Positions 47,853-56,543 of a stretch of DNA of 64,000 nt are shown one piece after another. Made by a program: the position numbers and the translations under genes. The notes beneath the pieces are model-generated. The model ran no database searches and was not told where the DNA came from. It saw only the letters and a list, made by a program, of their open reading frames with translations. Origin of the DNA: Candidatus Saccharimonadota bacterium (GTDB lineage: Bacteria > Patescibacteriota > Saccharimonadia > Saccharimonadales > UBA4665). The stretch's first letter is position 1, and each line of letters opens with the position of its first letter. The stretch lies in assembly GCA_027356105.1 (NCBI GenBank), contig DAIEGT010000001.1:61929-125928 (forward strand), given 5' to 3'.

Positions 47853-50183
47853 ATGCAACAGCAACTACTGAAATTTCTAGTTAAAAATAAAAAAATTAGT
47901 ATAACATCGATTATAATAATTGCACTTGGTGGAACAATATTTTTCTCAGGCGCATTTTTACCTGCTTTAGAATTACAAAATCTAGAGAAATTGATGCTAA
48001 AGTATACAACTAAAATTGAAGCACATATGGAACAAACCGCTTCTAGAAAAGTTTTTAAACTTTTAGCATGTAAGGGTTTTGGTGGAGGAGTAGGTGGCGC
48101 AGCTTTTGGTTGTAATAAATCAAATCCTGAAGAAGAGATGACCAAAGCTCAAAACATAACTGAAGCAGATGCGGCTGCTGCAGCTGGTGAAGAGATGACA
48201 TCTGAAATCGATAAATTTAACTTTAATGATCCACAAATTACCAAAACTTTATCCAATCAAGGAATCAAGGTAAACAGTGATGCGACCGGACAATTAACTG
48301 GTTTTAAGGACACCTCGAATGGTAGCTCGCTTACAGAAAATGACTTTAGTAATAATTCAAGTATTTCTACCGAATTAAACACCGCCTTACCTGAAAGCAG
48401 CGTAAATCTAATAGACAATGTTGAACCAATGTTAAATAGTGAGGATGGGGTTGATTTTGCAGGAATTGATGCTCCGCCGACCGATACTCAATCACAAGTT
48501 GATAATCTTATTGAATCTGACGTACAAAGTGGTGTTATTGAACAAACAGCAACTGCTGCAACAACTGATAAAAACCCAACCCCAACAGATCAAAATAATG
48601 CAAGTGCCAATAATACTGTCGAAAACGCCGTTCAAGCTACCCAGGATGCTCTAAATTCAGGCGCTACTGAAACTCAGGCTTTAAGTGCTGGAGTATCTAA
48701 AATGAGTCTGGGTAATTCATTACTAGCAAGTAGTATAGCAACATCTGTATGTAGTATTTATAATGCTGCTGCACATGGTTCGGGTCAAAGAATTGTAACT
48801 ATAACCAATTTATTAATGAGACATTCTGGATTAATATTTAGCTTGGCTGATCAAATGAAAGTAGGTAGTCCTACACCTACGGCTGTGGGTTCTTTTATGA
48901 ACATTCTTCATGCTAAAAATAGTTCGGGTCAAACTTACGAATCTTCAGTTTCTTATAGAAAAATGTCGGGTTTACCTGTATATAGGAATAGTCCGGATAT
49001 TTCACCCTCCAGCCTTCCTATAGCTAGTAGTGGTACATTATTAGTTAATGAAACTACAAAAATCATGAACACTATGGGTGGAACTTTTACATGTAAGATT
49101 TTAAACAGCCCGTTTGGCGGATTATTCCAAGGTGCGCTCGGAATTGTACAATTAGTTACCGATATTGGTAGCTTTGGTGCTAGTCAAGTTGCTATAACGG
49201 CAGGTCTTTTGGCTGGGAATTACGAAATCCAGCATACCTTAATTCCAGATATTCTAAAATATTTCACAGTAGTAGGATTAAGTGGAATTGAGAACGGACC
49301 ATCTTGGGTTAATAATGCTTTTCTGGGAAGTGTTATAACAAGTAATAGAATCGCTCAAAGTTTAGGTGGTCAACCAATGTCAACTACAGCTGCTAACTCA
49401 GCGGCTGCTGTTGTGGGTTACGATCAAGCTAAACAAGAGTCTAGTTTACCACTTACAACTAGATTATTTTCAATCGATAATCCTTCTTCTCTGATATCAA
49501 GGGTAATCCCATATATTCCTACTAGTATATCTGGACTTTTTTCGGATATATCTAATTATTTTACCGACTTCTTTAGTACCTTATTTAAAAATACTGCTGA
49601 TTTATTAATGCCTTCAAAAATTTTTGCTGCAACAAATTATCAAAGTCCAGGCGCATCTTACGGTGTAACAACTTATGGTTTATCAGATTCACAGGCAACA
49701 AAATATCCAATCATCCAAAACGAAAACTATCTCTACGGATCAGATAATCTAACTCTTCCAGACGGAAGTGTGTTGTCTTTAAAAAGAATTACTTTAACCG
49801 GCAATCCTTATAGTTACCCAAATGGTGCAGCTGATAATTCTGCGACTGATTTATACCACTGTTTCAGTCAAAGCTTTGCTTCTCAAAGTAGCTCGAGTTC
49901 AACTATCCCGCTTAATTTTAGTAGTGGCAACAATGATCCAATTTGCGGTTCAATGGGTAGTTTAGATTCTGCGAATGACCCACCACACCCGATTGGAGAA
50001 AATGAAGTTTTATATGCTTACTGTCACACATTTGCAGCTACATTTGTTAGTGATACTCTGACTGAAGATGAGTGTGTGAAACAATTAACTCCTCAATACA
50101 GTGACGATATAGGCCATTTTTCACAGTACATACTAGACAGTGCTGTAGTTCATAATTATTATTCAATGATGAGTACCCAATGA
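47853..50183 (+). CDS. large membrane-anchored orphan protein of the T4SS-like operon
   Basis: 776 aa with an N-terminal TM (ISITSIIIIALGGTIFFSGAFL), an acidic/low-complexity linker and a ~500 aa domain with no recognisable motif. Its stop overlaps the next start (ATGA). Confidence 0.5.
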   Translation: MQQQLLKFLVKNKKISITSIIIIALGGTIFFSGAFLPALELQNLEKLMLKYTTKIEAHMEQTASRKVFKLLACKGFGGGVGGAAFGCNKSNPEEEMTKAQNITEADAAAAAGEEMTSEIDKFNFNDPQITKTLSNQGIKVNSDATGQLTGFKDTSNGSSLTENDFSNNSSISTELNTALPESSVNLIDNVEPMLNSEDGVDFAGIDAPPTDTQSQVDNLIESDVQSGVIEQTATAATTDKNPTPTDQNNASANNTVENAVQATQDALNSGATETQALSAGVSKMSLGNSLLASSIATSVCSIYNAAAHGSGQRIVTITNLLMRHSGLIFSLADQMKVGSPTPTAVGSFMNILHAKNSSGQTYESSVSYRKMSGLPVYRNSPDISPSSLPIASSGTLLVNETTKIMNTMGGTFTCKILNSPFGGLFQGALGIVQLVTDIGSFGASQVAITAGLLAGNYEIQHTLIPDILKYFTVVGLSGIENGPSWVNNAFLGSVITSNRIAQSLGGQPMSTTAANSAAAVVGYDQAKQESSLPLTTRLFSIDNPSSLISRVIPYIPTSISGLFSDISNYFTDFFSTLFKNTADLLMPSKIFAATNYQSPGASYGVTTYGLSDSQATKYPIIQNENYLYGSDNLTLPDGSVLSLKRITLTGNPYSYPNGAADNSATDLYHCFSQSFASQSSSSSTIPLNFSSGNNDPICGSMGSLDSANDPPHPIGENEVLYAYCHTFAATFVSDTLTEDECVKQLTPQYSDDIGHFSQYILDSAVVHNYYSMMSTQ

Positions 50184-51550
50184 AATCAATACTATCGATT
50201 ATCTTTTCATTCATAATTTTAGCAGTTTTTAGTGTAACTAATATTTATGCTCTAACTCCTGCTAAGTGGTATTCAATAAACACAGATTCGGTTTACTACA
50301 CCGGTCAAAGTACTACCTGTTCTACCCCAGTTATGTCGTTACTTTCCCAAAATCCTAATTCATTAAATAGTACCTGGTCAAGTACTGCTTCACCTCCTTA
50401 TTCAATCGAAAATTTCGTTATAAATGTCTTGCAAGATGTAGCAACCAAACTAAACTTACCTTCATCTGATACGGTTACACAGCAACATGTTTTAGCTTTA
50501 GTTGCTTGGGCATATTTAGAGGGTGGAAATATACATAATACTTTTTGGTTTAATCCTTGGAATACTTCTTATAGCCAACCCAACTTACTAGCAGCCGTTC
50601 AAAGTCCAGGTGGATTCCCAACCTACGCAAGTTTTAATGCTGGAGTTGAGGCAGCGGCAATTTCAATGACGGGTTCATATCAAACAAGAATTGGTACGGT
50701 TTTAGCTAATCCATCCTCAAACGCGACCGATGTATTAAACGCAGTCGCATATCCTTTACCTAATTATCCAAGCAATCTCGGCTGGGATACTTCCAGCCCG
50801 CCAGCTGTATATGGTTCAAAGCTATTGCAAGTACTGTCTCAAGCAGAAAACTCTTACAGCCAATATGCTAGCATTGTTATTGGACCAGGTCAGCAAGACA
50901 CTAATCATGTCTCAACATCAAGCTTAGCTTATAATTATGGCTCCCTCGGTTCGACTCAAACTGTTACTAACCCAACTCCAAACGCTTTAGTTACTTCAAA
51001 TCCTTGTTCAACCGCAATTAATTGCCAAACCAATTCTTCTGGAGCTAGTTCGGTTAATTCGGCTATACTCTGTGAAGCTCAAAGATATAACGGAATATAT
51101 TACTCATGGGGTGGCGGTCATGGTAGTTACGCAACATTCAGACAGAATTGTCCTGAAACAGCTATTTCTAGCGCTGCAGCTTCATCAACCTCAGCTAATC
51201 CTGGTCCGTGTGGAACAGACTGTAGTGGTTTAGTAACAGTAGCTATTGATGCGGCGTTTAATCAAAATTATTCTATGTCGGTTAGTGATACGACAGGATT
51301 GATGGTAGGAGACGGCGCGCAATACTGGCAACCAATTTCTCTAAACCAAGTACAGCCAGGAGATATAGCTACCTGGCACGGCGTATTAAACGGCACGGCT
51401 GATGGACACGTAGAAATAGTTGATCATTATGACTCTGCTTCTAATACACTCTACACTTTTGGTTCACATTCAACCGGCAGTAAAACTAGTGAGATAAACT
51501 CAACCAATTACTTTATGGCCTATTATAGGTGGACAGGACCAACCAGCTAA
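50180..51550 (+). CDS. secreted cell-wall hydrolase with C-terminal NlpC/P60 domain (VirB1-like role)
   Basis: 456 aa with a signal peptide. The C-terminal part has GPCGTDCSGLVTVAID (catalytic Cys context DCSG) and GDIATWHG...DGHVEIV (His). The ~280 aa N-terminal domain is unassigned. Confidence 0.7.
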   Translation: MKSILSIIFSFIILAVFSVTNIYALTPAKWYSINTDSVYYTGQSTTCSTPVMSLLSQNPNSLNSTWSSTASPPYSIENFVINVLQDVATKLNLPSSDTVTQQHVLALVAWAYLEGGNIHNTFWFNPWNTSYSQPNLLAAVQSPGGFPTYASFNAGVEAAAISMTGSYQTRIGTVLANPSSNATDVLNAVAYPLPNYPSNLGWDTSSPPAVYGSKLLQVLSQAENSYSQYASIVIGPGQQDTNHVSTSSLAYNYGSLGSTQTVTNPTPNALVTSNPCSTAINCQTNSSGASSVNSAILCEAQRYNGIYYSWGGGHGSYATFRQNCPETAISSAAASSTSANPGPCGTDCSGLVTVAIDAAFNQNYSMSVSDTTGLMVGDGAQYWQPISLNQVQPGDIATWHGVLNGTADGHVEIVDHYDSASNTLYTFGSHSTGSKTSEINSTNYFMAYYRWTGPTS

Positions 51551-51942
51551 TTATGAAAAAATTTTCTATATTCTTTGGTTTAATGGTTTTATTATATCTA
51601 ATTTCTAGCCTTTTACAGGGCTCGTTAAATTATGTCTCTTTAAACAATAATGTTTTTTATCAGCCAATACTTAACGCCACTTCATCTAAAACTAATCTAA
51701 TAAGCAATATTAATAATTTAGTAATTGTTTCTTATAAAGCCTTTAGTGATGGGTTTTATCTTGTTAATATAAATAACAATAGCGGAACTGATAGCGCTGT
51801 AGTTATCCTTCAAGACGTCAAAGGTACATATACCGTTATCATGGGGCCTGGAACAACTTTTAATATCAATGGAGCGGTTGGTTTGCCAAACGATTTAATT
51901 AGTTATCTTAACTCAAAAGGACTTAATAATGCGGCGCATTAA
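51529..51942 (+). CDS. hypothetical membrane-anchored protein (T4SS-like operon)
   Basis: 137 aa with one TM and a beta-rich domain. The start is probably the MKKFSIFF Met a few codons in. Confidence 0.4.
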   Translation: MDRTNQLIMKKFSIFFGLMVLLYLISSLLQGSLNYVSLNNNVFYQPILNATSSKTNLISNINNLVIVSYKAFSDGFYLVNINNNSGTDSAVVILQDVKGTYTVIMGPGTTFNINGAVGLPNDLISYLNSKGLNNAAH

Positions 51943-52486
51943 GCTTGCAATACTATTTTTGGGGACATTTTTACTATTGATTAGTATCTATAAGTTCTTT
52001 GTTTATTTTAATAATCTTTCTAACTCAGGTTCTGTTCAAATTAACACTTCTGAATCAACCCTTACTTCCTATATCTATAATTCTAGCTCAACTTACTACT
52101 CATTAGGTAGTGGAGATGTAAAGTTCAGAATCAAACCAGGTCATTACAGTATGCTGTTTGATTATAATAACAATCTTTCTTACAGGAACATTGTTGTTAC
52201 TAATGGATCGTCTCAAAATATTTCTATTAATATTGTTGATCAGTTTTTAAAAAATACTGATACAAACAATTTAATTAAGTTATTACCACAATATGGTCCA
52301 GCTTTTGAATATTCAATAACTTATTCTTATTCTTTCTCTTCGGGTATTGCCATGCCACTGGTTACTATCTCTTATACTGATCAAAAATCACTTAGCGATG
52401 CTTTGGCTTGGTTAGAGCAAGTAGGGGCTAATTATAGTTTGTTAAATATTAACAAAGTACCGGTATCGTCTGTGCCTTTTAATTAG
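51929..52486 (+). CDS. hypothetical membrane-anchored protein (T4SS-like operon)
   Basis: 185 aa with one TM (LAILFLGTFLLLISIYKFFVYF) and a beta-rich domain. It overlaps the upstream gene. Confidence 0.4.
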   Translation: MRRIKLAILFLGTFLLLISIYKFFVYFNNLSNSGSVQINTSESTLTSYIYNSSSTYYSLGSGDVKFRIKPGHYSMLFDYNNNLSYRNIVVTNGSSQNISINIVDQFLKNTDTNNLIKLLPQYGPAFEYSITYSYSFSSGIAMPLVTISYTDQKSLSDALAWLEQVGANYSLLNINKVPVSSVPFN

Positions 52487-53546
52487 ATTTAATTGCAACT
52501 ATATAGCTGTCATTAAAGTTATTTATTACTAAATCGGCATCTGTTGTAGTGATAAATGTCTGATAATTATTAATTAAATTAGTTAAATGTTTTCTTCTCT
52601 TACCATCAAGTTCACTAAAAACATCATCAAGTAGTAGAATTGGTTTTTGTTGTCTAACTTCCTCGAGTTGTTTTAGCTCCATTATCTTTAACGCAAGGAC
52701 TAGTGTTCTGTTCTCACCTCTTGAAGCAACAAGCAGGGAATCTTTTTTATTTAAGTTAACCCTGAAATCATCTTTATGTGGTCCGGTTTGCGTATAGCCA
52801 AGTAGGCTATCGATTTTTAGATTTTCCTGAAGGTGTTTTATCATCTGGGAGGCGTAATCTTGTTCGTTCCATTTAGATAAATAAACTAACTCAATGTCAT
52901 ATTTAGGTTTAATTGATGCGATTTCATTATATAGTTCATTAATAGATTGGTTTAAGCTATCAATAAGCTTGTTTCTATAGCCAACTATCAAAGTCGCTAG
53001 TTCAGTTAACTTAATATCCCATACAAAAATATCATCTGATTTAACAACATCATTTTTAAGTAAGCTGTTTCTTTGGACCAATGTTCTTTGGTATTTATTA
53101 ATTAACTTATCGTAACCTGGGTTTGTTTTATCAATTAGGTCGTCCAAGTATTTTCTTCTTCTTTCTGGACTACCACCTAAAACATTTAGATTATTAGGTT
53201 CAAATAATACAACCGGTAATGATTTATCGTAGGGAAGACGGTTATACTCTATCTGATTAATAATATATTTACGGCTAAGTTGCTCTTTTTGATTTTTTAT
53301 AACGACGCTTCTGCTTAACTGATCACTATCGAGTGCAGTTAATTTAGTCGAATCATTTAAATTATTTATTAAATCCTTAGAAGTGACTTGCTTGAATGTT
53401 TTATTAGTAGCAATTACATATATAGCTTCGAGTAAATTAGTTTTACCACTACCATTTGGTCCGACAATAATATTAACACCGTTTTCAAACTCAAACGATT
53501 GATTAATATATGATCTAAATTGCTTTAGATTTAAGTTTGAAATCAT
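52479..53546 (-). CDS. recF: DNA replication and repair protein RecF
   Basis: 355 aa with LKQFRSY, Walker A GPNGSGKTNLLEAIY, and the signature/Walker B region LLLDDVFSELD. Confidence 0.9.
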   Translation of the reverse strand: MISNLNLKQFRSYINQSFEFENGVNIIVGPNGSGKTNLLEAIYVIATNKTFKQVTSKDLINNLNDSTKLTALDSDQLSRSVVIKNQKEQLSRKYIINQIEYNRLPYDKSLPVVLFEPNNLNVLGGSPERRRKYLDDLIDKTNPGYDKLINKYQRTLVQRNSLLKNDVVKSDDIFVWDIKLTELATLIVGYRNKLIDSLNQSINELYNEIASIKPKYDIELVYLSKWNEQDYASQMIKHLQENLKIDSLLGYTQTGPHKDDFRVNLNKKDSLLVASRGENRTLVLALKIMELKQLEEVRQQKPILLLDDVFSELDGKRRKHLTNLINNYQTFITTTDADLVINNFNDSYIVAIKSN

Positions 53547-53705
53547 TAATCTTAATTATAACTGATTAGATATCATAGTATGTTAACAAGTGGTTTGAAA
53601 TAATCAAGCTGTAGCTAAATATTAAATAGTTAGGCCTTTTTGAAAATTTACTATTTTACTACTTAGTCTATAATAAGATTAGTTTAATAATTAAAAAATA
53701 AAAAT

Positions 53706-55184
53706 ATGTTCGATCAACAGGGACATCAAGAAGACTCAAACGTTATAGTTGGACCTTTTTACCCTAATCAAAACCAAAATAAAGTTAAAAAAATTAAGCT
53801 TTTATCTTTATTTAATAACATGGGCTTACCTCTTAAGCTAGTATCTTTAGTTATTTTGATATTTATCTTATCTGGGGCATTTTTTGCGATTAAATATAGT
53901 TTTACTAAGTTCAGTACGGCATCACTTCCATCTCAGACCAAAACAATACTTACTACGAAGTCTGGCTCTCCTAAAAATAAAACCGTCGTTACTACTAATA
54001 ACTCGACTACTAGTAAAACCACTACATCTAATTCATCAACTATACCATCCAAAACGCCCGTAGCTACGGTAAAAATATCCTCTGGTAATACTACTGTTAA
54101 TAAGCCAAGTCCTAGTGGAAATTCAACCTCTTCAGGAGGATCAAGCAGCAGTACAGGTACAAGTTCTGGTAGCACAGGATCATCTGGTAGCTCTGGGTCT
54201 TCAGGAGGATCAAGCAGTGGATCTGTTCCTTATTACGGAGTTGTAACAGCTGGGAATTCAAAGGCTAATTGTATTCAGTTAAATATTCCTAATGGCTTTA
54301 TAAATGATTCGCAGTTTTCTGCAGTTACAGCAATCACTGGTGTAGCTTACAACTGTGTTATAACCTATAACGATAATATGCCAGCTTGGTCTAATTGGGA
54401 TAACCCTTGGCAATTTACAAGTTATTATAATTGGGGAGCTTGGGTAGCAGAATCAACTAACCATCAAGTTGTCTTGGCTGAAGATTTAATACCGACTTCT
54501 TTAGAGAACAATAGTAACCCCTTAACGTGGGAGCAGTCCTGTGCGGCCGGTAACTACAATAGCTATGCAACTACCCTAGGTGATAATCTTGTTGCTGAAG
54601 GTGGTGCTAACACTATCATAAGACTTGGCGTTGAAGCTAATGGAACCTGGGAGGACGATTTTGTTGGAACAACTACCCAAGAACAGAACGCTTGGGCACA
54701 ATGTTTTGACCAAGAAGTTTCCGCAATGAGAGCAGTACCTAACAATCATTTTTTATTTGTCTGGAACCCTAATATCTGTACTCAAAATCTTCCTCTAAAT
54801 GAATGGTATCCGGGAAATGCATATGTCGATATTATTGGTGCCGACGCTTACAATCTAGATTGTGGCACCAGTAAAACTGTTTCGCAGGAAGGATGGACGG
54901 CATACTCCACTGACAGTTCTTCTAATAGTCCTAATAACCCAAATTTTCCTAGTTTAGCTAATATTGAGTCTTTCGCCGTGGCCAACGGCAAACCTTTTGC
55001 ATTGCCTGAATGGGGTCTAGATAATGGTTATCCGGACGACGCAACCTATGTAACTAATATAGCTAACATAGTTAGAAATACTAATACTTCTTTTCAAGCT
55101 TATTTTGATTGTGGTTGTGATAGTATTACACCCCTTGGTAATACAATTCCTCTAGCAACTGCAGCCTATTCATCAGGTTTTTAA
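53706..55184 (+). CDS. membrane-anchored glycoside hydrolase, clan GH-A (GH26-like)
   Basis: 492 aa with one TM, a long Ser/Thr/Gly linker, and a catalytic-domain pattern: IRLGVEANGTWEDDF (acid/base Glu), AYVDIIGADAYN and KPFALPEWG (nucleophile Glu). Confidence 0.45.
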   Translation: MFDQQGHQEDSNVIVGPFYPNQNQNKVKKIKLLSLFNNMGLPLKLVSLVILIFILSGAFFAIKYSFTKFSTASLPSQTKTILTTKSGSPKNKTVVTTNNSTTSKTTTSNSSTIPSKTPVATVKISSGNTTVNKPSPSGNSTSSGGSSSSTGTSSGSTGSSGSSGSSGGSSSGSVPYYGVVTAGNSKANCIQLNIPNGFINDSQFSAVTAITGVAYNCVITYNDNMPAWSNWDNPWQFTSYYNWGAWVAESTNHQVVLAEDLIPTSLENNSNPLTWEQSCAAGNYNSYATTLGDNLVAEGGANTIIRLGVEANGTWEDDFVGTTTQEQNAWAQCFDQEVSAMRAVPNNHFLFVWNPNICTQNLPLNEWYPGNAYVDIIGADAYNLDCGTSKTVSQEGWTAYSTDSSSNSPNNPNFPSLANIESFAVANGKPFALPEWGLDNGYPDDATYVTNIANIVRNTNTSFQAYFDCGCDSITPLGNTIPLATAAYSSGF

Positions 55185-55220
55185 TTGATATCTTTATATT
55201 AAGCTTAACTTAATTGTTAT

Positions 55221-56312
55221 CTAGCTTTTTAAGGGCATTATAATATGAATATAGTCTTTTTGATTTGGATCACTAAGCATTGTTGGTTCAAGTTTTTCAT
55301 TGAAACTAAATTCAATTTCTTCACCACTAAAAACATTTAGGGCATCGAGGATGTATCTAGAATTTAGTGTAATCTCACCGTCACCATTAGCTACTGCATC
55401 AGCTGAAGCAGAGTTTTCTCCAACCTGGGAAGCAATAGATCTAATAAATAAAGATTGATCAGCCGAATTAACTTCAATTTTTACACTACCAGCATTTTCT
55501 TTAGCAAAAAGGGAAGATACTTTAACTATATTTAACATATCTGTTCTTTTTAGTTTGGCAGTAGTTTTAAATTTTTCTGGGATTAACTTCTTATAATCTG
55601 GGTAATTACCACTAAGTAGTCTAGTTAGAAGTTCTATTTCTCCAAGTACAAACTTAACCTGATTTTCATCATAAATAATTTCAATTAACTCCGAGCTATC
55701 TGGTAATAATCTTAATAATTCATGCATTGAACTAGCTGGGACTAAGATTTTTATATCCTGATTTTGTTTAGTAATTTCTTTCTCGGCTAATCTATAACTA
55801 TCAGTTGAAGCGATATATAACTTAGAATTAGAGGTAATTAGTAATACACCGGTTAAAATTGGTCTTGTTTCATCACTACTGGCAGTAAAGATAACCTGGG
55901 ACAGTGCTTCTTTTAATTTATTGGCTGCAATCGTAATTGATTTTTTAGATTCGATTGACGGCATAACAGGGTAATCATCTGAGATAATACCGTTAATACT
56001 AGAAGTATATTTATCAGTATTTATTTTAAGTTTTGTGCCATCTAGTTCTAAATTAATAATTCCTGAAGGCAATGAAGATATAAAATCTTGCATTAAACGA
56101 GCTGGAACAGTGATTGAACCTTCAGTTGAAACTTTAGCCCCAATCGAATGAGTAATAGCTATATTTAAATTAGTAGCTGAAATTGTTAGAAGGTTATTAC
56201 TGGTTTTAATTAATACATTAGCAAGTACTGGTAAAGTAGCTCTGGTACTAGCAACTCTAGATACTGAGTTTAGAGCTTTATTTAAGTTTTCTTGTGTGAC
56301 TTGTAGCTTCAT
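55221..56312 (-). CDS. dnaN: DNA polymerase III beta sliding clamp
   Basis: 363 aa starting MKLQVTQENLNKALNSVSRV with a three-domain beta-clamp pattern. It lies downstream of dnaA. Confidence 0.92.
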   Translation of the reverse strand: MKLQVTQENLNKALNSVSRVASTRATLPVLANVLIKTSNNLLTISATNLNIAITHSIGAKVSTEGSITVPARLMQDFISSLPSGIINLELDGTKLKINTDKYTSSINGIISDDYPVMPSIESKKSITIAANKLKEALSQVIFTASSDETRPILTGVLLITSNSKLYIASTDSYRLAEKEITKQNQDIKILVPASSMHELLRLLPDSSELIEIIYDENQVKFVLGEIELLTRLLSGNYPDYKKLIPEKFKTTAKLKRTDMLNIVKVSSLFAKENAGSVKIEVNSADQSLFIRSIASQVGENSASADAVANGDGEITLNSRYILDALNVFSGEEIEFSFNEKLEPTMLSDPNQKDYIHIIMPLKS

Positions 56313-56543
56313 TAGTTATCCCCTTAATATATAATTAAATATTTATTTAAATTGTTATTCATTATTATTGGTACGGTGGAAAAATAGGATAAGTTGGACC
56401 TGACAGGTATTAATATAGTTAAATTAGCTGTGTTTAAGCTGTGTTTAATTAGCGAACAAAAATAGGATAAGTATGTGTTTATACGCTGACTAAAAGTACT
56501 AACAATTTTAAACCCAGTATTATCAACAAGATATAAACAAGTT
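56313..56543. promoter_or_regulatory. dnaA-dnaN spacer with repeated DnaA-box-like motifs (second oriC module)
   Basis: AAAATAGGATAAGT occurs twice (56381-56394 and 56459-56472) and contains TTATCCTAT on the - strand. A tandem 11-mer GCTGTGTTTAA x2 lies at 56427-56448. The flanks are very AT-rich. Confidence 0.55.
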
